35,865 bases of DNA, taken from contig NW_014569464.1 in assembly GCF_000743755.1 (NCBI RefSeq), positions 1 to 35,865 of the forward strand. The letters run 5' to 3'. The first letter of the stretch is position 1; each line of letters starts with the position of its first letter. Below the pieces are notes generated by a model. That model saw only the letters and a list, made by a program, of their open reading frames with translations. It was not told the DNA's origin and ran no database searches. Source of the DNA: Blastocystis sp. subtype 4 (lineage: Eukaryota). The position numbers and the translations under genes are program-made. Shown piece after piece: positions 11,966 to 22,219 of this stretch.

Positions 11966-12252
11966 ATGGCGAATAATAACAAAGTAGAAGAAGAATCTGT
12001 CCGAGTAAGAGAAAAAAGATTCGATAAGAAACAGGTTCCATCGAAATGGCTTCTTCTGGTGATTGGATTCTTTATTGTACTTGGACCCTTCACTACTCCC
12101 AATGGTCTATGGTTTTGTTGGTGTCTTTCAGCCTCGTAGGGATGAAGTATTACGCTAATCCTAGATTGACATACATTTATATTAATATGTCGCTCAAAGT
12201 AAAACGGTTGGAACAAGAACAAAAAGAAAAGATGGGAAAGAAACAACAGTAA
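11966..12252 (+). CDS. Small hypothetical two-TM protein (~85 aa)
   Basis: ATG at 11966. One 29-nt intron (12136-12164) joins KWLLLVIGFFIVLGP...WFCWCLSAS to LTYIYINMSLKVKRLEQEQKEK. TGCTTGTT follows the stop. Confidence 0.55.
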
Positions 12253-12263
12253 ACCATTGCTTG

Positions 12264-13555
12264 TTAGTTACTCTTTATTCTATTCAAAAAATCATTGAGG
12301 AAGTCTCTCCATTCATCTGGTGTGTAGTACACAACTTCTCGGCAACGCTTCATCAGAATCTCCTCACTATTCGTGAAACTCAGATACAGAACCCACTTTG
12401 CCTCATTGAAGCACTTCTCAGAACGATACACTACAATACCTGTCAACTCAACACAAGCTGGCTAGATATTAGGAGTAGATAGCATACTAACATTCACACA
12501 AAGATCTTCTAACGGTTGTTGATACTTGCGAACAAAGACATAGATATCTCTTCCGTGTCTAGCGTTCATTCATCCATTCAGCATTACTGACAAAAGACAA
12601 CGTCATATGGGTACTGATACTTGTAACATAGGCGAATCAGATCATTAAAGTAGGTACATAGCTCTTTTCGCTTCGTTTCCTTCACTTCGATAGAATCATT
12701 TGCTTGAATGTCCACAGAGAGTTTCACGGTTTGACACATCCAGTCACAAACGTCACTCACTGTTACAGAACCTTTCTAAAATCAAATCCATAGAACAAAG
12801 GCACTTGATAGAGAATGTGACAAGGTGCATATTCTAATGGCAGTCTATTTACCGTGAAATCATCAGAAAGAGGTGGTTGTGGGTTTCCTGCTATAGTAGC
12901 ATAAAAAGATGAAGTATACATCACTTGCAACTAGAATTAACAAATGGGAACCAAAGATACGTGAAAGTGATTTACAGAAGAAAAACCACCCAACGAATTG
13001 AAGAATAAAACGTAGTCATCTCGTTCACTGTTCTCACACATCGTTACAAAATCCTCCGTTAGATCATATTTCCACACCTGATTGTAGCAATTCTCAAGAT
13101 TGGGAATAATGAGATGATGATTGTTACAGATTGGAGAAACTAGTCTTATTTCATTTCATATTTCCTACCATTCAGCAAAATCGTATAGATTGTAGGAACA
13201 TCGATTTCGGATCCATCCACAAAATATACCTTTCCATCCTTCACATAGATCTTTGCTAGTAGCTCTGTCGGATTCACTTTTGTAAAGTTAAAACCTTCAG
13301 AGGAAAACGGTTCATCTACTCTAGGTCTCGTAAAGAATGGTTTTCGCTTCTTCAAAATGACATCCATCATGGAATAATACCACTAACTGCCAGGTAGGAT
13401 GGTATTGGGCGACAAAGTGCTTAGATCCCGGAATCCATTTCATTCTTAACCCTGCCACATCCGATCTGCACAGTCCTTCTGCTTCACTACTGCATTACAT
13501 CTTAGACGGAAACGAAATACCAGCGATCAAACTGGGCCTTGATTGCAGTATCCAT
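12264..13555 (-). CDS. GDP-hexose phosphorylase, VTC2/GDPGP1 family (HIT superfamily)
   Basis: GLCRSDV...IPGSKHFVAQ, EPFSSEGFNFTKV, LLNVSPICNNHHLIIP, FNSLGGFSSVNHFHLQ and ELTGIVV all match VTC2/GDPGP1 blocks. Confidence 0.87.
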
Positions 13556-13596
13556 TCGTTAACAAACAAATACTCAGTTCAAGAGGAATTAGACTA

Positions 13597-15154
13597 TTAA
13601 TAATTGGAACTCATGAGCACTTGAAGAAGATTCTATGCTTAATTTCTCTAATTTAATTCGTACTGTAGCTTTAGGAGTAAGAGGTTTGTTATTGACTACA
13701 CAGTCACAAATGTCTCCCAGACACTCTGGTCCAATAACAATTCCAAGTTCAATCAAGAGATTAAAATCAGAGAGTGTTGTTAGTAACTGCTTTGGATCAT
13801 TCTGGTTCCGTCGCAATGTAACCATCAATTCCTCTACAACTAATCCTTTCCAGCCATTCTTACTCAGAAGTGTATCACGAGTCTCTGCTTTTGATGTCAA
13901 TACAGGGAAATTGTACTTCTTGAAGATCACTGGATATGTCTGAGCTTTAGCCGTCGTTACTGTAAGTTCCACAAGGAAGAACAGAGGTTCAAATCGAGTT
14001 ACTTCTTGGGATCCCAACTTTTTATCATTTCTGATCACAGTGGAGAGAAGTTCCTTATTCTTTCCAATAGTTGTACACTCACAGAATTCTGGATCCTTAG
14101 GTTTGCAGAGGAGTCCATCTCGATACATGCACATACACTGATCACTTAACATGAAGGCCAATGGCTCGATATTCCTCTCAGCATTCCTGCTAATAACAAT
14201 CGATACGAACTTGGAACAGTAGTCGCCTCGTTTACGATAGGCCCACTGAAGAGGAGCGATCAGATCCACATCCCAGGAGGTGAGTGGAGTATCTCGATAA
14301 GGAGAAGTATAGACCGCTCCCAGACACACCAGACCGAGATTCGCCGCTACGCTATTAACAGTTGGCATATTCTCGTCTCGCTCAAGAACAATATGACCAT
14401 TCTCGAAGCGTTGACAAGGTTTGTACAATCCATAGATCAGAGCTATCTCTCGTTGACCACTCGGACCTGTACGAGTCTCGTATCGACCGAATAGCAGCCC
14501 AAGAATTTGCTGCTGTTCTCGACCATAGATCCATTCCTGAATGAAGACATCGAGACATTGCTTATCAACAACTTGTACATTGTCCACATGGCGATATTTC
14601 TATTGATGAAGAACGAATAGAAAGAGTACTTGACGAGCCAGAGTACATGGCTTGGGAGAACAAGCAGTACACAATCCTTGAGGATATGGACGGTGATTAG
14701 GACAGTACCGTTTGACTTTATATGTGGGAAGTGTGGGTGTTGCACAATGAGGACATTTTTGATTCGGTCCATGAGTGCACAGCAACTTTTCTTTATTAAT
14801 GTAATCAGCAAACGAGATATGTTTAGCTCCATCATTTTCCTCTGTCAGAAGACAATTCGTACAACTATGATCTTCAGACAAATAAACAACATACTATTGA
14901 TTTGGACCATGATTACAAAGCATTGGAAGTTCAACCTTCTCCCCTTTCTTTAGCTTTACACAATTCGGACACATTTGCCCCTATAAGTAAAGTCATACTT
15001 AATCTACTACAGGACCATGTTGACACATCCAACGAATCGTTTCGCCATCATCTTCTTTATCCATACAGTGAATACACGTTGTGTTACTTGAGTGATTACA
15101 ACTAGAAACATGAAGCAATACTGTAAAGAAATACAAAGGGGTTCGTTTACCCAT
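13597..15154 (-). CDS. NPL4: NPL4-like p97/Cdc48 cofactor with an expanded zinc-knuckle N-terminus
   Basis: HISFADY, HRPYPQGLCTACSP..TLARQKYRHVDNV, and an MPN-like region (GLLFGRY, YKPCQ, SKFVSIVIS, AFMLSDQC). ATG at 15154; spliced stop TAA at 13599-13597. Confidence 0.88.
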
Positions 15155-15172
15155 CCTAAAAAAAGAATGTCA

Positions 15173-15180
15173 AACAAACA
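15173..15180 (-). terminator. TGTTTGTT polyadenylation element behind Pth
   Basis: Perfect motif 4 nt after an in-frame T at 15185. Confidence 0.8.
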
Positions 15181-15184
15181 GACA

Positions 15185-16037
15185 AAGAATCATCCGTATC
15201 AAAATGAGAAAAGTTAGCATTGGGATGGAGTTGCTTATATTCCACAATACAGTTCTTGTAATTGCAACTACTAGCTGCAAGTGTAACGCCTCGATATAAG
15301 TATACACGCAAACCCTCGCATGCGAAGTGCATAATATAGGGAAGTACATTCAATTGAGTGCAATCCCAGCGCCCAACAACATACCGAGGATCTGCACGCA
15401 TGGGAGGCTCTCCGAGAGGTGCTCCTATGCCAATTCGTAAACGGGGGAACTTTTCCGTGTTCATACACTTGATAATCGATTTGACTCCATTCTGTCCACC
15501 ATCTCCTCCCTAAAAGTCATGGATTCAATCAATTTCTACCTTCGGACTGAATCGAATTTCACCAAAAGGAATACTGATATCGTCATGAACAACAAGAAAC
15601 TCATCCATCAGGTTCTTGGACCCTGGATTCTTCAACCGGAAACCATTTCGCTTTGTATACAACGCAACAGATTGTCCACTATTATTCATATAGGTCGTAG
15701 GGAGTGCCATTGCCAGTTTGATGTGAGGAAATGGAACTCCATTTGTTTTTGTCTTCTCTTTCGCTCTTTCCGAGACGTTGTCAACCAAATCAAGTCCTAA
15801 CAACGATTCTTGATTGAAATCGATCGAATCCTGCAGAAGATAGCATTTTGATCCCTTATTCAATTTCCATTCTTGTTTTTGTCCCGATGAACTCATTTTG
15901 GGAAGATATTCCGAAGCAAATAACCTACATACAGCAAAACCCACATTGTGACGTGTTCGATGAAATTCTGATCCAGTATTGCCTAGTCCGACGATAAGTC
16001 GTCGAACTGAAGGTCCTGCCACCTTCACGGTGCTCAT
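15185..16037 (-). CDS. Bacterial-type peptidyl-tRNA hydrolase (Pth1/PTRH1 family)
   Basis: LIVGLGN...TRHNVGF, PTTYMNNSG, VVHDDI, GGDGGQNGVKSI and FPRLRIGIG. The end shown is the predicted poly(A)-made stop; the genomic TAG is at 15158-15156. Confidence 0.92.
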
Positions 16038-16094
16038 GGAGAAAGAAATGGCAAACAAGTGACTTTCATATTTCAGTTTTAAACAAACCATGCC

Positions 16095-16733
16095 TTAATT
16101 ATTCGTTTTTGACTTCCAGTTTTTACCACAAGCTCGAGCTATCATTCTATCTATCAATCCTTACATTCATGTTGCTACTTATTATATGTCCGAATCTGTG
16201 CTTTTCGAGCCTTTTCGGGATCCACATCACGAGCCACACGTTCTCCTAGAAGAACCGGTGTTTCAGAAATGATTCGATCACGCTCTTCTTTTGATTTATA
16301 TAGAAATGGATTGATACATTCTTCATCTGGAGGTTTTGGTAGACTTCTATACTTCATTTGAAAGAAGCATACTATACGAAGGATCTGAAATATAACCACT
16401 AGACTTACTCAACCGCTCTCGAATGACACCAACATCCAATTCAGGATCTGTGCTTTTCTTAACTGGTTCTGCTAGTTGTTCTTTCTGTTTCTGCCTCTTT
16501 AGTAAAGGTATCTCAATCTCAGCATTCTCGTCATCTTCTTCTGAATTCAAAGAATCCGGTTTGATATTTGATTTTGATCCTTTTCGTATATATACAGTGT
16601 TCTTTTCTTCATCCTCCAAATAAGACCGCTTTGAATTCTGACTCCGGTATATTATGACATTTTGAGATCCATTTAACGGATACTCTGAAGTCGAACGAAT
16701 TGGTTGTCCTGAAGTAGGAAGCACCGCAGACAT
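16095..16733 (-). CDS. Hypothetical charged/hydrophilic protein
   Basis: ORFs 16347-16775 and 16175-16399 can be joined by a short intron. A probable final exon ends in TAA at 16097-16095, followed by GGTTTGTT. No family recognised. Confidence 0.5.
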
Positions 16734-16800
16734 AGACAATCCAGTAAAAAAATACACGAATACCAAATAATCCACAAAATACAGAGTCAGTTGAATTGTT

Positions 16801-18198
16801 ATGTCGAAGGGAAAGAAGAAGAGTCAAGCTTCTAAACCGAAAGATACACCGAATTCTGATGAAAGAAGAACAGAAGAAGACATTCGTAACGATGAGCAAG
16901 AAGTCGCTCATTTTAGGGATGTACAACTAATCAGATTCGTTAAATGTAGATTCAATACTCATTTCTCGATTATGCTTCATTCATGTTACTGGAATTGAGA
17001 CGACGGCAACATGCATATGACATTCTGGAAGATAAATATAAACAGTACATTCCTCAGGATGTTTGGAACGCAAAGCAAATGGAGTTCAAGAATTGCATCT
17101 TAGCCAACGCTCGATTTCTAGCGTAGATTGTTTGGACTGTTTGTAACTGTAGGAACGTGGTGAAAACACATAACTATTATACAGAGATGTTTGGTATTCC
17201 AACTCAACCAAGGGATTATCTCTCAGCCCCTTATCAAATGAGTAAAGTGAAGAGTACACTCCATCAATTGATCCGTGACTGGTCGGATGAAGTGGGGGAT
17301 TCGGAGATTATTCACTCTAGGGTAAAGAAGAACGAGAACTATGTTATACACCTCTTCTCAAGCGTCTTGAACACTATATTCCTCTCGTTCGTAATGAGGA
17401 TGGTTCTATCTCTCCTGAGAATCAGTATCATATTATATTTATTGTTATGACTAGACGCCGTGTTCTTGTCCCTGGAACGGGTCTAAGTCGATTACTCTTG
17501 GAAGTAGTAGAAAGAGGATATGCTGGTCAAGGAAACGAATTTTCGTATCAAATGTTGCTTGTTTCCAACTACATGCTTAATCATGTATCCGAAGCATATA
17601 GTGTTAGTATATGGTTTTTCTATAACTTCTAGATTCCCATCTATCCGTGGACAGATAATCCAAACAATGTCTTTGCTACGGGTGATAACAATCGTTGCAT
17701 TTTGATTCCAGACGTAGTTCCTCGTGTCTGTGTGCACGAAGGAGCTGACTTCTCAATGTGTGCAGGTGAATTCCTTGAGAGCTATTCAGATCAGGAAAAT
17801 GCATGGGATTGTGTGTTAACATGTTTCTTCATCGATACGGCTCCTGTAATCATCGAGTATATTACTGTAATTCACAAAATCCTAAAACCTGGAGGATATT
17901 GGATTAATTTAGGACCTTTGTTGTATCATTGGCAAGTAGGGATAACTAGATGGATTCATAGTAGTCCACAGAGGATATCACAGCAGAAGAAATGGACGAA
18001 CGCTATGGACAGTCACTAGAACTCTCGTTTGAAGAGATCCAAGACATCATGAAGAAAGTTGGATTCAGGATTCTGGAGGTGGAACGATTTTGCTCGCCCT
18101 ATACGGATAATATGTTCAATTGGATGGCTTGAGTGATGTGTAGACGTTCTATGATGACGACATTATTCCGAGGAGTTCTTTTTGTTGCTCAGAAGTGA
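16801..18198 (+). CDS. CARNMT1: Carnosine N-methyltransferase / histidine methyltransferase (N2227 family)
   Basis: [57 protein letters not shown] and [17 protein letters not shown]. Confidence 0.93.
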
Positions 18199-18219
18199 CA
18201 AACATTTTTGTTTGAACAC

Positions 18220-18227
18220 AACAAACA
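18220..18227 (-). terminator. TGTTTGTT polyadenylation element behind TAF11-like
   Basis: Perfect motif 4 nt after an in-frame T at 18232. Confidence 0.8.
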
Positions 18228-18231
18228 GACG

Positions 18232-18870
18232 ATGGAAACAAGTCATGGTTTTCATCGCGCCATTCCCTCGCCGCCTGTCGTAAAACATCTGGAGATATAA
18301 TTTCACTGTCTTTATCTTGATGTTGTTTTGCTAGGGATCATCTCCTTCTTCCATGTATACCTTTCATTATCAAATCTCGAACATATAACTTTGCCATACC
18401 TGCAATTGCTATTGCATCTTTTCGTTGAGGTTTATATTTCATTCCCATCTTCTTTGCACATCGAGCAATGATCTACACTCAATATTTAACTCTATCTGTA
18501 CGGATTCCACTTTTACAGGATGTAATCGAGACGAAAGCAAACATTTCTTCCTTGTATACTCCATTGGTGACAAGGACGTCGATGCTTCCTTTCTAATATT
18601 TAAATCGATTCTATAGTCTACGTACAATTGAAGTAATATTCGATTTTTCTCAATGAATTCATCCTGATCTTGTTCAGTTATAACAGACTCAGGATTAACC
18701 GATTTGGTTTCTCTCATGTCAGTAAATTCTGTTATGGCATTGGATTGCCTTGTAGTTGTTGTAATACCAGAAGTACTCTCCGACTCCGAAACCAGATTAG
18801 GAGACACGGACTCATCATCATCATTTGAATACTGAACTAATCCGAAGAAATCATTGCCATCATCATCCAT
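18232..18870 (-). CDS. TAF11: TFIID subunit 11-like histone-fold protein
   Basis: The spliced C-terminus AIAIAGMAKLYVRDLIMKA...ISPDVLRQAAREW resembles the TAF11 histone fold. The stop is predicted to be made by poly(A) at 18232. Confidence 0.7.
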
Positions 18871-18953
18871 GGTAATCGAATAATAGCAATTCAAGCAAAC
18901 GTGAAACAAACAAACACTAAGAAACGAAGCACAAATAGATTATAAAAAAGTTA

Positions 18954-19896
18954 CTACAGTCTTCGTGCATTCTCCCACAACCTTGTGTGTCTACGAACAT
19001 CCTAATCATTACTCCAAATATCAAGACAAACAGATTTCTTAGCTAAATATTGAAGAAAAGGAAGAAGATGCATCAATTCTTCATCCGATTTGTTACCAAA
19101 GAAAGACTCACAACAAATACCATTTGCTGGCTGAAGAATATAACTATCTCGCAAATTGTCGACCAAAACGACTTTTGATAGATCACGACCCAAAATAGAA
19201 AGATCCTTTACTAGTACTCCGTTAAATAACCGACAATTCTCTCGAAATAGTCTGTATGCAATGCAGCAATGAGGATCAATAAAATCAAGAACACTATTTG
19301 CATACTATGTATGACTCTCAAATCCTTTACTTACACTTTTTGAGCTTGCAGTGAATACGACAATCTCATACATATAGCTTAGTGAATGGAGAAACTCCTG
19401 AACTCCAGGACGAACACATACATAGATATTTGAAACCGTATCATTTAGTTGAAGCGGAATTACAGTATCACAACATGGAGGGGGAGAAAACGAAGAATGA
19501 ACTAAGGTTTCATCAAGATCAAGAACCAAAGTTTTCTTCCCCTTATCACAAGGACGTTGTTTACCGATTGCAAAGCACTCTTTGGAGTCATTCAAATGAG
19601 GACAGGAATGACTCCCCTTCAAACACTTCAATTCACGAAAGTAATTCGGCTACATTTCATATTCATAACACATAGAATACATTTGAATGGTTGTCAGATG
19701 GCAAAGGACAAATGTGAGAAGACCGTATGACAGAGCCAAGAAATGCATTTTGCATGTATTTATGCATGCTCTGATTATATCGGTTCATAAAAACTGGAAA
19801 AAAGCAGTTCTGTGACACTAATACTACAACATCATTAACACACTTTCATAATTTACCGGACATCTCATCATCGCACTTTGGCCTATAAGAGTCCAT
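18954..19896 (-). CDS. CTD small phosphatase (SCP/NIF, HAD family)
   Basis: [17 protein letters not shown] (DxDxT), [17 protein letters not shown] and [13 protein letters not shown]. Confidence 0.93.
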
Positions 19897-19998
19897 TAGA
19901 AAGAAAAACTGAACTTTAGAAAGAAAAGAATGGATAAGCGAATAATGAAACGCCCACTTTTCAACAGTCATTTGACAACTAGTGTTAATCTTGTGTCT

Positions 19999-22133
19999 AT
20001 GGATTTTCTGAACCATCCAAAATATTATCCAAGTGAAAAGGATGAGTATTTTCCACAATCTGAGAGAGTTGTCTTAAATACATTGTTGTTTGGTGATAGA
20101 ATTATTTTACCAGAAGTATGCATACGTATTGGACTATGATCCATAGGTGTTATTGCATCCTACACAAGATGATAGTTCTATTCCTTGTACCTATCTTTTA
20201 CGGCCTGTTCATCCAACAGAGAACAGTAATCCCGTTGTTTGTGGAGTGTTAGAGTATTCAAAGCCAAAGGGAGTAATTGAAGTCTCCAATGATGTTTATT
20301 GAGATGTTGCATTTTAATAGTATAGGTATTAGCAAATCTTGGGATTGAAGAAGGAATGGAAGTGACTGTTGAAGAAATAACTCTTCCTAAGGTATGGACA
20401 TTGGATTTGATTATGATTGTAGGCTTCTTTTCTAACTCTTAGAAGTATGGATGTGATTCAAGGTTCAAATCATTTGGAACGCATGCTGATGAATCGTCTG
20501 ACAGAGCGATATTGTTGTGCCTTTCTTCATGAAAGGATTGAGTTAGAGTCGATTTTGATTGTGATTCTGAAACATAGTTGGGAAGGGAATCACTATACCT
20601 TTTCAGTGGAAGAAATTGAACCAAATTGGGCTTGTTCTCTCGTGGATACTGATATGTCCCTCCAATGGGATTTTAGGTATGAAGAAACTCCTCAGCCATC
20701 CGAAACTGCATTTATACTCACTGCAGAGAGCCCCAATCTCCATTTGTCTACCAAAGTCAATGAAGTTATATTATTGACAGTTCTTCCCTCAAATCACCGT
20801 CAACTCCAAATCAGGGGTCACCATCTCTATTGCGTGGTCTTTCAAGCAATTCCCAAATCTAGTTATGACTATGATGAAGAAACGCCCATTGGACCATATT
20901 TCAATAGTGGAGTGATCGAATGTGATGAAGAATGCACAGTATCACTCTCTGATGAAACACGCTTTCGAATTGAGATTATGGATGGATCGGAAATAGATTT
21001 TCACTTAGGAGAGAAGAAAACCGATCTTTTTCCTTCCGATGGAATGGTTTGTGAGAATTGTGGAAAATCAATTAGTCGATCCGTGTTTCAAGTCCTTTCA
21101 TTTAGTGAACCTGACCCGTAGATCCATTCTATTCAATGCAAACGACGCATCATACGTTGTCCCATCTGTCAGCAGCCATATAATCAACAGAATTCCAATT
21201 ACCATGTTCATTGTCCTCAGTGTAACCAAGTCACTTCAGAACAGCATCTTCCTCTTCATCAATCTCTGTGTCACAACACTCAGTCATGCCATTGTGGGTT
21301 ATCCTTCTCTATTCCATCTCTCTCCCATCACTATCGATTTGAATGTCCCACAAGAACTCTTCATTGTCGCTTTTGTGGTGAGAAACATCGATTTGATGGA
21401 CAAGGAGACATCCGAGTGAGGGGATTTAAGCAAGACCCAGTGGATCGATTCAATGGATTGTCGCTTCATGAGTCCATCTGTGCGAATAAGACGGTGACGT
21501 GTCGATACTGTGGAGAGTATGTGATGTGTCGCTTCCTCAGTGAACACTATCTTACTCATCATCACATCGCTCGTAAAGATGACTTAATCCAATCACCTGT
21601 AGTGAATGATTCACGAAGTGTTCTTTGTGAGGTGTGCGGGTATCGACAGCAATCAGTTACCGATTTCTGTCTCGTAACTATGTCTTGAAAATGTAATGAA
21701 AGAGATGTAATGCGATAATGAATACAACTTCACTGAAAAAGCAGTGCGTCTGCTCCAATACAATGTGTGAAAGGATCTTTGTGGAGGAAGATGGTCTTCA
21801 AGTAGGAATGATTATTGGGTATTCCGGTAGTATGGACTCTGTCCTGAGTGCTACAAAGGAATTGTGAAAGGAAATGGTGATGCGAAACAGTTCGTCAAAT
21901 CTCTAATGGTTCTTTACTTAAATCAGTGGGTGAAGGGCTGTAATAAGAAGAATTGTGGGAATCCATTTTGCAAGTGTTGTGGCCCTCATCCTAAAGAAGT
22001 GGATGCTGCATTTTCTTCCATTTCGTTGAAGGAATCTACCCAAACGGAGCTTCCGAGGGTTCTTCTTGATCTCACCAAGATTTCGGCCTCACAAGTTCAA
22101 TTTTGGGTTTGCAAATCTATGTTCAAGTCATAG
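19999..22133 (+). CDS. UFD1-domain protein with TRAF-type zinc fingers and a C-terminal AZUL-like domain
   Basis: UFD1 (UT3)-like blocks GDRIILP, CGVLEYS and LPKASFLTL. Cys/His repeats include CENCGKSI and HESICANKTVTCRYC. The C-terminus has LYLNQWVKGCNKKNCGNPFC. Confidence 0.8.
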
Positions 22134-22219
22134 CGTCTTTTCAACTGTTTGTTCATTAGGAGTTTTGAAACTGAATTGGGATCCCAAATGCGGTCTCCCA
22201 AAAATACTATTACTTAACG

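Noticed and set aside
16038..16091. ATG 16091 as the Pth start
   Set aside because: It overlaps the upstream gene's probable poly(A) element, so ATG 16037 fits better.
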